Of a stretch of 64,000 nucleotides of DNA, positions 12,685 through 25,367 are shown one piece after another. The stretch is taken from the NCBI RefSeq assembly GCF_032191835.1, contig NC_083237.1:17980001-18044000 (forward strand), written 5' to 3'. The position numbers and the translations under genes are program-made. Every line of letters starts with the position of its first letter. Within the stretch, counting starts at the first letter, position 1. The stretch is from Heteronotia binoei. Taxonomy: Eukaryota. Below the pieces are notes generated by a model. It worked only from the letters and a program-made list of their open reading frames with translations, ran no database searches and had not been told where the DNA came from.

Positions 12685-12888
12685 TTGCAGGTAGGGCCTG
12701 GGGATCTCCTGGGATCACCAGACTTCAGAGATCAGTTCTTCTGGAGAAAACGGTTTCTTTGGATGATGGCCTCTCAGTCATCAAACGCCTGCTGAGTATT
12801 CCTCCCCTCCCCTCCCCAAACCCTTCCCTCCCCCAGCTCCACCCCCAAATCTCCAGAAATTTCTCAACACAAAGCTGGCAACCCTACT
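12685..12888. mobile_element. Short ~200-bp hAT-like MITE; related copies near 25368 and 55900
   Basis: gcctgggatctcctgggatcacc...gagatcagtt...ctggcaacccta. Confidence 0.65.
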
Positions 12889-13287
12889 GACACCGAACCA
12901 GAGGACTGCAATTAGAAGTTAAAACAATCCTGGGGAAAATGTACCAGATTAATCTCATGTGCATCTGGGATCAGATTGAAAAGTGAAGCCCAACAGATCA
13001 AAGGACACAGGATTGCAAGGTCCTGCGTGTTCATCTCCATTTCCCTCACATAGGTGTTTTTTAGAAATGAAATATTTATACACAAGGCTTTTTTTGTAGA
13101 AAGAGCCCAGCAGGAACTAATTTGCATATTAGGTCACACCCCTGGTGTCACCATTGTTTCACACAGGGCTTTTTTGAAGGAAAAGTCCAGCAGGAACTTA
13201 TTTGCATAATAAGCCACACCCTCTGGTGCCAAGCCAGCCGGAACTGCGTTCCTGTGCGTTCATGCTCAGAAAAAGTCATGTTTATAC

Positions 13288-13570
13288 AGAAGAAGAAGAT
13301 GATGATGAAATTGGAGCTATATCCGGCCCTCCACTTTGAATCTCAGAGTGGCTCACACTCTCCTCTACCCTCCTCCCCCACAACAGACACCCTGTGAGGT
13401 AGGTGGGGCTGAGAGAGGTCTCACAGAGTGAGCTCTTTCAAGGACAACTCCTTGAAAGCTATGGCTGATCCAAGGCCATTCCAGCAACTGCAAGTGGAGG
13501 AGTGGGGAATCAAACCTGGCTCTCCCAGATAAGAGGCTGCACAATTAACCACTGCATCAAACTGGCTCTC
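13288..13570 (-). mobile_element. Squam3-like SINE
   Basis: Reverse complement of the gagagccagtttg tRNA-like head through a (TTC)n tail. Confidence 0.85.
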
Positions 13571-14454
13571 AAACTTATTAAGTAATTGCAAGGGCTCTGC
13601 GGCAGAATCCATTTTAGCTGGTGTAACAACTCCTCCCCTTTCTTGAAAACTAACAGTTTTGTGGAACCACACGAACTACAGCACAAAACCAGATGTATTG
13701 TGGCATCGATAACTGCTGAATAAAGGCCTGCCCAATCAGGATTTAACAATAAATTGAATTGCATTAGCAATCTTTCCTCAATGATGTTGCAACTTTAATC
13801 ATTACATTAAAATTGTAAAAGGGGAGTTGAGAAACGAAGCATCTTAGAACATACTTTCTTTTTGTGTAATGTATTATATAATATGAATGTCCTCGATCAA
13901 TGTAATATTCTTACAAAATTATTTCCATTTCAATGCCCTATTATCCCCTCTTTTCCTGTTCGCTTATTAGTTCTCAAAATTAAAAAAAAAATTCTAAAAA
14001 GACTAACATTTTTTTCCTCTAGCAGGACTTGCATATACAGTATTCCTAAGCATTTGCTCTCCACCACCAGACAGGCTCTAAACCCAAAGGTGGGCTCTCA
14101 AAAGGTGAATTGAGACTGCAGGATTTGTTAGGAGCAGGTCTCTGCTTCTTCTCAGTGTTACAGCTCACAAAAATCAAGGGTGAGTGGGATTAGTTGGTGA
14201 ATGGGGGTGATAGGAAGCATTTCGAAAACTGAAGGAAGCATTTTGAATACGAAAAGTCTCTGAAAAGGCTAAGCGTTATTGAGTTGGACACATATGAACA
14301 CGTAAAGCCACCTTACACTGAAACAGAACTTCTGTCCATCAAAGTCAGTATTGTCAATTCAGACTGGCAGCAGAATCCTGCCTGATAGATTTTTTTGTTC
14401 ATTTGTTTTTAGTGAAGAGGTTTTTGTTCTGACTTTGAAAGTTTCAGAGGGTAG

Positions 14455-14655
14455 CTGTGTTCGTCGGTAGAAGAACAGCTAGACTTGAGACCAGTATCAC
14501 CTCAGAGACCAAGACGGGTTTTTTTTTTAGTATATGCTTTTGAGAATCAAGGTTCCCCTCCTCGGATACAAGTTGAAGAGAGCTCAGACTCTCAGAACCT
14601 TATACCCCAAAATCTTGTTGGTTTCTAAGGTGCTTTCTGGACTCGAATCTAGTTG
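14455..14655. mobile_element. Penelope-like terminal fragment in inverted head-to-head arrangement
   Basis: gagaccagtatcacctcagagaccaag...cttgttggtttctaaggtgct..ggactcgaatctag. Similar arrangement at about 22030-22190. Confidence 0.5.
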
Positions 14656-15551
14656 ACTTTAAAAGGAATCATTGGACGATTCACAAAACTGTGGAGGAGC
14701 CCCTCCACAGCCTATTTTTTTTCTCACCCCTTAAATACAACATCTATACTTTAAAAAAATCAAGAAACATTCCTTTATGAGGATGCAGGTTCAGATTCTT
14801 ACAAGTGGTTTTGCATTGAGCAGTTAAAGGCCTCACCACCCCTCTTGCTCTACTCACTCACTGGGTCTGAAGTTGCCTCCATGAATGCCTCTCCCCAGCC
14901 CTTCACATCGCGAAGCCCCAAGTTTTCTGGCATCCAGGTCTTGGACTCCCAAAATAAAACCAAACGGGCAAGTCAAGCTGTGAAAGATGATTCTTGATTT
15001 CTTGCTCTGGATGTTGGTAAGGGAAACTGGAGCTGATGGCAATAAGGGGGTGGAAATCTTGGTGGCCCAGAGGGAGTTATTCCACCCCCCCTCCAAACTT
15101 GTTGCTTTGACATTACCCAGGTTGCAAAGACAGAACACTCGGAGAACTAAGTTTCAAAACTTCATCAAATCACTCTCCCCACCACCCCCAAAAGACAACA
15201 GTCATTAGTTTTCCTTTGGGGAGGAGGAACGTGAAAGAGCGGGATCATTTGTCTCAGTTACTTGCTTGTTCATGTGGTTTAACAAAAAATTCAAGAAAGT
15301 TCTGAACAGAATTAAGAGGGCAGGGGGGAACCTCACAGTCCTAAGGAAGGTATTCACTATCTGACAGGGCGTTTTTTGTAGAAAAAGCCCAGCAGGGACT
15401 CATTGGCATATTAGGCCACACACCCCTGACACCAAGCCAGCCGGAACTGCGTTCCTGCTCAAAAAAAGCCCTGTCACCTATTAAGAAATGATGAAGGGTG
15501 ATACGCTGTATCAATATATGTTATTTTTTAAAACAGATTTCTGGTATATTC

Positions 15552-15630
15552 GTAAGAACATAAAAGAAGCCATGTTAGATCAGGCCAATGGCCCATCCAG
15601 TCCAACACTCTGTGTCACCCAGTGGCAAAA

Positions 15631-15689
<59 letters not shown>

Positions 15690-15965
15690 AACTGTGACTA
15701 ATAGCCACTGATGGATCTCTGCTCCATATTTTTATCTAAACCCCTCTTGAAGGTGGCTATGCTTGTGGCCGCCACCACCTCCTGTGGCAGTGAATTCCAC
15801 ATGTTAATCACCCTTTGGGTGAAGAAGTACTTCCTTTTATCCGTTTTAACCTGTCTGCTCAGCAATTTCATCGAATGCCCACGAGTTCTTGTATTGTAAG
15901 AAAGGGAGAAAAGTACTTCTTTCTCTACTTTCTCCATCCCATGCATTATCTTGTAGATAACCAAC
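15552..15965 (-). mobile_element. CR1 LINE 3' fragment containing a (TA)n/(CA)n microsatellite
   Basis: YKIMHGMEKVEKEVLFSLSYNTRTRGHSMKLL...WNSLPQEVV; (TA)n at about 15633-15675. Confidence 0.9.
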
Positions 15966-16860
15966 AGATATGAAAATGTCCCTTTGGTGACTGCCCAGAT
16001 GTTGTATGCTGTTTTGTATATTATTAAAAATCTCTATTTTTTTTAAATAAAGGATGAAGGGTATGGATTTACCCAGGGCAGTTGACACTCCCTCCCACTA
16101 CGGGTCTCCACACAAAGACTCCTTTTGTGCCCCACACCTCACACCAGCCCAATCCAATCCAGAAACAGACAAAATGCAAACCACATGCCTTGCCCAGCTC
16201 TGGGGACACCTGAGGTAACCATGGAGGATGGAGGAGCTGTGTTGCCCTAGGACCCCATTCTGAGTTGTTCTGAATTCAGCTCTCCATTTCCCAGTAGCTT
16301 AATTTTAAAAATAAAAGGAGGTGGGGCGCAAGTTGATCTGCAAGCCTACATCCTACATCCTTCCATTTCAAGAAGTGTGGTCATTCTACAGTGGTGAGCA
16401 AAAGGAAATCTGTTTAGGCTCAGGGGCCTTCAGCAAGCAGCTCACTTTCCCCATTATTTAAAGTATTCAGGGTTCTTTTTTAAAGCAGGAATGTAGTTCC
16501 AGCTGGTCTGGTGTCAGGGGCTGTGGTCTAATATGCAAATGAGTTCCTGTTGGGCTTTTTCTACAAAAAAGCCCTGTGTGGAATAATGGTGACATCAGGG
16601 GGTGTGGCCTAATATGAAAATAAGTTCCTGCTGGGCTTTTTCTACAAAAAATCCCCTGAAAGTCTGCATAATCATGGCCAAAGCCCTGACCTGGATAGCC
16701 CATGCTAGCCTGATCTCATCCAGGACTCAAGTGTGGGTCCTCACATCACCCGCTGCGGGATTTTTCTCAACTGATAATGCTGAAGATTGAACCTGGGACC
16801 TTCTGAATGCCAATCAGATGCTCTGCCTGTGAGCTGCAGCCTCACCCAAATGCTACTTCT

Positions 16861-17647
16861 GGGGTGCGGCCACACCTCACATTAAAAGCGGGTGTGTAGC
16901 GCTCAAATTTGAACCGTTGAATATTGATTCGATGCAGGGCTGTTCAGACGAGCATCCAAGAATGCGACTCATTCTGTTGTTGAGCGATCACACTTCCAAA
17001 ACTATCACGCTCTTTTCTTGGAGCATGCGTGATCAGATGTTGATTTCTGGGAGGGGGGGGGTCCATTGAACATGCGCCCAACTGTTTGGAGGTGGGAAAT
17101 CAAACAATGCTTCAGAGGCAGGGGAGAAGGGGGGAAATTTCCGGAATTAACATTGCGGTTTCAAACCAGGGAACTGCCAGGAATTAATTTCCTAGAAATT
17201 GGCAGTGACGATGATATCTGGAAATCCTCCACATTGAAAAAAAAAAATTTTTTCCCCTGTTCTGAAGAGTGGGATAACATTCCCCTCCCCCTCCGATCCT
17301 GTGTTGATTGGAGAAGCAGAAGCGTCACCTCAGATTCCCAGATGATCTGGCAATGAGCATGTCTGCTGCGGCTTTTTTTTTTTTTAAAGGGTGGGAGTGG
17401 CGGTAAACATTCCAAGGGGCAGTATCGTGCGTGAGCTGTCCAAACAGGAAAAAGCCGATTTTGTGCCGCTGTTTTGAAAAAGGGCTGGACTTTCTGCGCT
17501 GTCAAATTAATGTGGCGCTGATCCGCAGCAAGTCGGAATGACCCTGGATGATGCTCGATTGCCAGATGTGGATGTCTGAACAAACACATTTAATCCGTCA
17601 GCGAGACAGAGCTGTGTCGCCACTAATGGTACGTCTGGCTGCACCCC
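16861..17647. mobile_element. Possible PIF/Harbinger-like non-autonomous element, perhaps with a second nested copy
   Basis: Outer TIRs ggggtgcggccacac / gtctggctgcacccc; inner gggctgttcagac (~16937) and gtctgaacaaac (~17585). No clear TSD. Confidence 0.45.
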
Positions 17648-17889
17648 CGGTTCTGGTTAGATAAGAAATGATTTTTCTGGAGCTTGGTGTTTGTTCTCAT
17701 GAGCTTTTTCCTCCTTAGTTATCCTCACACACATTCAAGACATACAATTTTTTTGTTGTGAATGCCTTTAACTCAAAAGCAAACATTGTTAGAACCAGCC
17801 AAAATGTTGTCCTCCTGGTTAATTTTATTATTCTCCATACTGTGGTAAAGAACTGGAAGGGGCAATTTTTTCTGAGCTTGGCTGCTGAC

Positions 17890-18433
17890 TGTCATGAGCC
17901 CTGACGAGGAGGAGCTGGAAGGATTAACAGACCTGGAAGAGTTGCCAGCCAGTTCCTCAGCTGAACAAACAGCAGCTGGCCCATCAATCAGTCTCCAGGC
18001 ACCAGTGTCAACTGTTGACCATCAATCTCCTCCAAGCTTTCCTCCTCCCATCTCATGAGTTTGAAGCAGGCTCCGGAAAGAACTTTCCGAGTGAAAACAT
18101 GAGGCACGCCAATGCTTCAGATCTCTCAGCCTTGAGTTCTAGCAGAGTCACTGTCACCCAGGGAGCAGGCTGATTGAGACTCCCATATAGCTCCCACCCA
18201 GGACCTGGTAACCTTGTGGAAGCAACAAGTCTATTCTCTGGCTTGCATCCACGCTCCTTCCTGATCCTGACCTGCTTGATTTCCTTGGCACCCTGACCTT
18301 TTGGCTTTTGGCCATTGACTTCTGATTCCGGTTTGTGATTCTGCATTGGTGACTTGGCTCCTGCTTGACTTCCTGGACTTTGACCTTGGACTGGCTTTGG
18401 ACTCCTGCCTGCCTGTGCCCTGAGAACGTCACA
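17890..18433. mobile_element. Solo LTR (544 bp)
   Basis: Termini TGTCATG...CGTCACA; 5-bp TSD CTGAC at 17885-17889 and 18434-18438. Confidence 0.8.
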
Positions 18434-19097
18434 CTGACAGACATGAAGAGAATTCTGTAATACTTCAACAAGAACTGGACAATTGATTCTGGGTTTTATT
18501 GCTGGACATTCAAAAAACATAAAGAGTTTGGACTTCATACTACTGAATGTTTACATCATACAGAAGCTGAGATTTCCACAGCTACGGACTATGAAATATG
18601 ACAGGAATTGGAGAATCTTGTTTAGATGCCTTTGATTTCTACAAAGGAAGTAAGACTGATTAAAAGTTTAATAAATAAATATAATTATTGAAGAATATCT
18701 CCACCGTCTTCTCATTACAAGTCCTTATCTCACCAAGAAAGAAATTGTGACAAAGTACACAAGAAATAAGTTATAATCAGTTTTACAATGAAAAACAATT
18801 ATAGCAAATTGACATTTCTTCATAATTCTTTTGTCATCTTCTATTTTTACAAATGGGAATCCAGCTGATGCAGTCAAAATACCACCATAGATAATTTAAC
18901 CAATAAAAACTATCACACCCAAGATAGTTGGATTTTTGTTTCACAGCATGAATAAGAACTGAAGAATGATTAACAGTACCTCCTACTGACATCTTTGTTA
19001 CCCAAACCAATTGTGTTTGTTAACTCTTGGTCATTGGAGTTCACTGCTGAGTTGGTCCTAAAATGAAGAATCCAAGATGGCTGCCATTCTTTCAGCC

Positions 19098-20099
19098 TTA
19101 GTTTTTCTTACAGAGGAAGTACCTATGGACCACTTTCTTCATGGCCGTGGTGATCTCCTTGTTCCTCAGAGTGTAAATAATGGGGTTCAGGAGGGGGAAG
19201 ATGATTGTGTGAAAAACAGAGACTATCTTGTCAGGGGCATATTCATCAAAGGGCCGGGCATAGATGTAGATGGCAGGGCCAAACATGAAAATGACTATGG
19301 TGATGTGAGAATAGCAAGTGGACAAAGCCTTGCTGGCCAATTCGCCAGAGTTCTTCTTCAGCACAGTGAGCAAAAAGGCATAGGAAACCAAGAGGGCCAC
19401 AAAGCAGACCACAGAAATGAGGCCACTGCTAAAGATCATCACCAACTCCTCAGCAAAGGTGTTGGCACAGGTGATCCTCAACACTTGGGTGATGTCGCAG
19501 AAGTAGTTGTCCAGCTCGTTGGGCCCACAGAACGGGAGTCGAAGAATCAACACGACTTGGATGGTGGAATGGACAAAGCCCCCCAACCAAGAAAACAGCA
19601 CCAGGATGATGCACAGACGACGGGGCATCATGTTTGTATAGTGCAGGGGTCGGCATATGGCGGCATAGCGGTCATAAGCCATGACAGTGAGCAGGAACAT
19701 CTCAGAGGCCCCCACAAAATGGAGGAAGAAGAGCTGAGCGATGCATCCCCAGAAGGAAATTATCTTGCGTTCAGCAAAGAAGTCAACCAGCATCTTGGGA
19801 GCGGTGATGGAAGAGTACCAGATGTCCAAGAAAGCGAGATTGGCCAACAGGAAGTACATGGGTGAGCTGAGATGGGGTTCACTGCGGATGGTGATGATGA
19901 TTAGGATGTTGCTGGGCAAGACAATCAGGTAGAAAGTGAGGAAAACGGCAAAGAGGAAGAGCTGGACTCCACGCTGATGGGACAGTCCTGTCAGGATGAA
20001 TTCTGTCACTTCACTGCTGTTTCTCATCCCTTCAGGGTGTCTGGGAAGGGGAGGTGATTCTACCATCATAACTACGGCCACTCCACTACCATTCTCCAT
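19098..20099 (-). CDS. OR4M1-like: Olfactory receptor OR4M-like; start probably Met at 20099 (333 aa) or 20027 (309 aa)
   Basis: LDIWYSSITAPKML.DFF.ERKIISF.GCIAQLFFLHFVGASEMFLLTVMAYDRYAAICRPLHY and EELVMI.SSGLISVVCF match the recalled human OR4M1 closely. A polypyrimidine tract and CAG precede the ATG at 20099. Confidence 0.95.
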   Translation of the reverse strand: MENGSGVAVVMMVESPPLPRHPEGMRNSSEVTEFILTGLSHQRGVQLFLFAVFLTFYLIVLPSNILIIITIRSEPHLSSPMYFLLANLAFLDIWYSSITAPKMLVDFFAERKIISFWGCIAQLFFLHFVGASEMFLLTVMAYDRYAAICRPLHYTNMMPRRLCIILVLFSWLGGFVHSTIQVVLILRLPFCGPNELDNYFCDITQVLRITCANTFAEELVMIFSSGLISVVCFVALLVSYAFLLTVLKKNSGELASKALSTCYSHITIVIFMFGPAIYIYARPFDEYAPDKIVSVFHTIIFPLLNPIIYTLRNKEITTAMKKVVHRYFLCKKN

Positions 20100-20529
20100 T
20101 CTGTGGAGATCTGAGCAGGGGGCACCTGGATAGGAAAGGAAGGCTGAGAGAAAGAAGAGAGGAATGATGGGAAAGAGGAGATCAGGAATTCTCTTTGTCA
20201 TCAGATTAACAGTGAGAATAGTGACCCTGAGCCAGGCACATCCATTTACTCATCTAGACTTGCTTATCCATCCTGTAATAGAAAAACAAGATCGTTTCAG
20301 GGGATAGCCATGCTGATTTGCAATAGAATAATTAAATCTGGTGCTTTCACATATGCTAAATAATGCAGCTTCAATCCACTTCAGTGATCACCGGCAAGTG
20401 GATTTTGCCATTTCATATGGTAAACTCCAGTTGCAAAGTGCATTGAGAGTGGATTGAAAGTGCATTATTTAACATGTGTGAAGCTGGAAAGGGCCGTCCA
20501 GTCCAACTCAATGCAGGATCGGCCTAGAG

Positions 20530-20791
20530 CAGGGGTGGCCAAACTTGCTTAACATAAGAGCCACACAGAAGAAACATCAGATGTTTGAGACAAGGAAGGA
20601 AGGTAGAATGAAAGCAACTTTAATTTTAAATGCATTTTCCAAGCTGCCAGCTGGCTTGGCTTGGGAAAGTGGTTTAAAGAGAGAAATGCCTTCTCCAAGC
20701 TGGCCAATGGGGCAGTGGGGGGCTTCGAGAGTCACACAATAGGTGTGATAGAGCCACATGTGGGCAGCTCCCGAGCCACAGGAAAAGGCTG
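20530..20791. mobile_element. hAT-like MITE (right TIR degraded)
   Basis: Starts caggggtggccaaac; GCCTAGAG occurs at 20522-20529 and 20792-20799. Confidence 0.65.
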
Positions 20792-20904
20792 GCCTAGAGC
20801 ATCCTTGACAACTGTTCATTCATTCAGCTGCTGCTTGAAGATGGCTGGGAAAGGGGAACTCATCATCCTTCTAGACGGCTGACTCCACTGCTGACCTACT
20901 CTTA

Positions 20905-21190
20905 GGGCGTTTTCGCACTTACCTTACGGCGGAGCGACGTCCCTCTTCACCGCGCAGCGTTTGCATAGATTTCGCACTAATTGCTCCGCAGAACCCGGAA
21001 GAGCCGCAAAGTCCCGCGGCTTTTGCGTCACAAATGTAAACTGGTTTTTGGCGGTTTACATTTGCGACGCAAAAGCCGCGGGACTTTGCGGCTCTTCCAG
21101 GTTCTGCGGAGCAATTAGTGCGAAATCCACGCAGACGCTGCGCGGTGAAGAGGGACGTCGCTCCGGCGTAAGGTAAGTGCGAAAACGCCC
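20905..21190. mobile_element. PIF/Harbinger MITE, near-perfect 286-bp palindrome
   Basis: gggcgttttcgcacttacctt...aaggtaagtgcgaaaacgccc; TTA TSD at 20902-20904 and 21191-21193. Confidence 0.9.
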
Positions 21191-21310
21191 TTACTGTTAA
21201 AAAAAAAAAATCCTAATATCCAGCCGGCAACTTTCTGCCCATAATTTAAGTTCATTGTTGAAAGTCCCGTCCTCTACTGCTAGCAGGAACAGCTCCCTGC
21301 CTTCCTCTAA

Positions 21311-21893
21311 GGGTGTTTTTACATTCAGTTTGATCCAGAGTTTTAGATTCTTCAAATCGCCTGCCACCGTTCTGCTTTAATTATTTTCCTTTTACATTTT
21401 TGGATTTGCTGCGTTCATTTTTGCATAGCCAAACTTCTATATTTCCTGCTGAAAGCATTTCAATTTTTTTGGGGGGGAGGTGTCTCTTATCAGAGGGCAG
21501 CCAGAATACCAGTGCTTTGTTAAATGTATACGATAGCTTGGAGATGGTGTCAACACTGCAAAAACAATACACATGTAAATTGCAAGATGAGGCAAGCAAT
21601 GATATGTAAAAATTTCAAGTGCTGTCAGTTCTCACGCAAATTACTGCACCTTGTGGTGGCTTTTGGAGGAGTCTTTTAAAACGCATGAAAACTTTTACAA
21701 TACAAGTTTGAAACGCTTGTAGAGAAATGACCGGATCAAAACTAGTTTTGAGAAAACATTGCAGCAGCAGCACCAGAACTCATCTCTCCTAAACAAATGT
21801 AGGTGCAAAACAGTTGTGAGAACGTTAGGTAATGTAAAAGGTGAGTTTCCAATGCGGTGATAGTGAGTCCAAACTGTCAGTGTAAAAACACCC
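21311..21893. mobile_element. PIF/Harbinger non-autonomous element (583 bp)
   Basis: 13-bp TIR gggtgtttttaca / tgtaaaaacaccc; TAA TSD on both sides. Confidence 0.85.
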
Positions 21894-22967
21894 TAAGTGC
21901 CAGTGACAGCCTTTCAAAGACTTAAGAGTAATCCTAACCCACCCCCACACACACACACTTCCTCTTCTCCAGAATGAATGTCACCAGTTCCCTCAGTCTT
22001 TCCTCATAAGGCTTCATCTCCAAGTGGAACAGATTGATTCAAATTCAGCAGCTCCTTAAAGACCAGTGAGATTCTGGGTGTCTGAATTTTCAAGAGTCAA
22101 GGCTCCTTTCGTTGTATCTGATTAAGGGACAGACTCAGAAAATGTTGTTGGTCCCTTAAAGTGCTCCTCAATTTGAATCTAGCAGTTCCAGAAAAACAAG
22201 AGAGAACCATGAAGACGAGAGGGCAAAACAGAGAGGAAAGCAGAAGGGGGGGGGGGGGGAGAGGCATCTTCTAACTTGATTTTGATTTCCCCAAAAATCT
22301 TCATCTCATAATATTGTCCTAAACAGGGGTGGCATTCTATCAGGAGCTCCTTTGCATATTAGTCCACACATCCCTGAGGTAGCCAATCCTCTAAGAGCTT
22401 GTAAGGCTCTTTTTAATGCAAAATATGCAAAGGAGTTCCTGCTAGAATTCCACCCCTGATCCTAAACTAAATATTCTCATTTATGGATACCGTTAGGCTT
22501 AGGTGGAGTATTTCCCATCACTGCTTCTCTACGGCAGCAAAAGCTGCACATGGTGGGTTAGTTTCTATAGGATACAAGACTATTATAGGTGCAGATCTGT
22601 GCATAAAAAGGGAGTAGCAGAATCTTTAGACTTCTCAATATATATGCTATTGTTGGGAAAGCATGAGATGAAGATGATGAGATGGAAACAGAGAAGCAAG
22701 AAAAGCAGCATACAGGCATCCATGGTGTGGCCGTCAAATAGATTTTGAGGATAGCTGAAAAATTAGCCAGCGGGTTGAAGCCAGTTTGCTTTTTTCTGGA
22801 GGTAGGAATGGGACAAACAGAAGAATTAATGTATACACACAGCCTTTGGGAAGGCACAGTTACCTTATGGAATTCACTGCCCCAAGATGTGGGGATTGCC
22901 TCTACCTTAGGCGGCTTTTCTTTTGTATTGATTTATATCCCGTTGTTCTTCCCAACAGGGAGCCAAG

Positions 22968-23250
22968 GAAGAAGAAGAAGATGACCGTAGTTTTATACCC
23001 CACCCTTCTCTCTGAATCAGAGTCTCAGAGGGCCTTACAATCTTCTTTAGCTTCCTCTCCCACAACAGACACCCTGTGAAGTGGGTGGGGCTGAGAGAGC
23101 TCTCACAGCAGCTGCCCTTTCAAGGACAACTCTTGTGAGAGCTATGGCTGACCCAAGGCCATTCCAGCAGCTGCAAGTGGAGAGGTGGGGAATCAAACCT
23201 GGCTTTCCCAGATAAGAGTCTGCGCACTTAACCACTACAGCAAACTGGCT
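22968..23250 (-). mobile_element. Squam3-like SINE
   Basis: Full head-to-tail match to the other copies. Confidence 0.85.
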
Positions 23251-23605
23251 GGAAGTTTACAAAACTTCCACCTCCATTTTATCCTCCCAACAATGCTCTG
23301 AGGTAGATTATGATGTCAAAGAGAGTCAGAGAGCCGCCCTGAGTCTGTTTCAGCGGGGAGGGCGGGATATAAATTTTAAAAATATATATTATTATTATGA
23401 GAGAGAGAGACTAATTCAAGATCAACCCACAAGCTTTTATGGCAAAATGGGGATTCAGACCGGAGAATCCTAATCTGACACTCTAAGAATTACACCAGAC
23501 TGGGCTGGGCAATTTCATGGAAGGCAAACCACCTCTTGAAAACCCTCTGGGGTTACCATAGATCAGCTGCAACTCGACAGTACTTTAGACCCAGTTTTGT
23601 GTAAT

Positions 23606-23838
23606 GATTAAAAGCAATGCGCTGTAATCTGGAGAACAGGGTCAGATTCCCTCCTCCTCCACCTGCAGCTGCTGGGTGACCTTGGCTCAGTCACAGTTCT
23701 CTCAGAGATGTTGTCTCGAGCTCTCTCCACCCCACCTATCTCACAAGGTGCCTGTTGTGGGGAGAGGAAGGGAAGGAGATTGTAAACTGCTCTGAGACTC
23801 CGAGTAAAGGGAAGGTATAAATCCAATCTCCTCCTCTT
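23606..23838 (+). mobile_element. Squam3-like SINE (older copy)
   Basis: ctcctccacctgcagctgctgggtgacc...gtataaatccaatctcctcctctt. Confidence 0.7.
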
Positions 23839-25077
23839 AAACACACTCTAATGATTTAGAGCTTAATTAATTCCTACAATTCACTGGTTTTCTTCCTGAA
23901 AAGCTTTCTATGGGAAAATATGGCCTGCCCATAAAGAAACAACCTGCTTACATCATTCATGTTCTTTACCCAAGATTGACTTACTCTCTCTAAATAGGCT
24001 GAAACATGAAGAAACGTTCTTAGACACAAAACTATTTTGGAAAATGGCACAGCTATTTTGGAAAATGGGTGAAATGGGATCACACCACAAAATCTTTCCA
24101 ATTTGCCTATAAATTACAGAACATTTTAAATCAGTGTTGGCCTCCCTTTATTATTACTTTTTTGTTTTGTTTTTTTAAAAACCTGTTATTATTTATGTGA
24201 TATATTTCCATCACAATTAAAGTATTTATCTTGTACAAACAAATCATGTCTCTAGCTGTCCATCTTGAAACACACACATCATTTTTGTAAAGTTATTGGA
24301 GGACATCATTTTTTGATATACTTCAATCAGAATGATTGCAATACTGACAGCCTTTACTCACAGCTTGCTCACACTTTACTCTTACAATACTCACTCTTTA
24401 GCCAAACATTTTTTTTTGTTCTTCCTTAGGTAAAGTTTCTGCTACTGAATAAATGCATTAAATTACAAGTTATAAAATTATCCTAGGAAGAGACTGTAGA
24501 AGCACAGCACAAATTGTGCTGTAGAAAGAGAGCGCTGAAAACAAAAGAGAAATATTATAGTCTGCGATGAAAGGGACACCTTGAAAAAGCAAACATCTTG
24601 GAAGTCTTTCTAGGGCATTTCTATCTCAGAACTTATGTTACTGACTGTGGACTAGCAAGGTTTGTGTCAACACCTACCAGCTACAGGGAGGTTGTGGAGA
24701 GGAATTGACCTCCCTCCTGCAAAGGGTTTCTTCTGCCCAGCAGAACATCTTCTTGGGAACATATAACTCAGTCTACAAGAGAGAAGCATCTTAAGGGGCT
24801 CAGAAGTTCTGGAGCAGGCAGGCCCAAGAGAGCTTCAGAGACAGACAGGCGGCACACACCTGACCCAAGGGGAGTTATTAAAAGTGCAACTTGGGGTTCC
24901 CATGAGACTGCAGAACAGAGAACTTTTTGTTGGCAAAGTGTAGCTATGCAGTAACGTAGAGCATAAGCTGCTTCAAGAATAAAGTCAGCTTATTAAGAAG
25001 AGAACAAACAAAGAGAACAAGAAGAGGAGACAGAAGTCTTGCTGTCTTACTAGCTAGGAAAGAGTCAGTAAACTGTT

Positions 25078-25221
25078 NNNNNNNNNNNNNNNNNNNNNNN
25101 NNNNNNNNNNNNNNNNNNNNNNNNNNNNNNNNNNNNNNNNNNNNNNNNNNNNNNNNNNNNNNNNNNNNNNNNNNNNNNNNNNNNNNNNNNNNNNNNNNNN
25201 NNNNNNNNNNNNNNNNNNNNN
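25078..25221. other. Assembly gap
   Basis: Run of N. Confidence 1.
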
Positions 25222-25367
25222 TGTAACACATTTGCACATTAAAAATTCAAGGCGTATAATAAACCAGATTTTAAAAATTTAAAATTAAGATCTAATTACA
25301 GTATAGCTTCCAGGACCTAAAAATCACCAAACAGAATCTAGCTGCTTTATGAGTAATCTCGGCATTA

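Noticed and set aside
19077-19865. 262-aa ORF on the + strand
   Set aside because: Antisense shadow of the OR4M-like CDS with no recognisable domain. Shorter shadows occur over the other ORs.
20100-20201. Signal-peptide-like hydrophobic N-terminus of the 367-aa ORF
   Set aside because: It is the translation of the intronic polypyrimidine tract upstream of the splice acceptor.
24636-25228. Possible solo LTR (TGTTA...TAACA with AATAAA)
   Set aside because: No matching TSD, and an assembly gap interrupts it.
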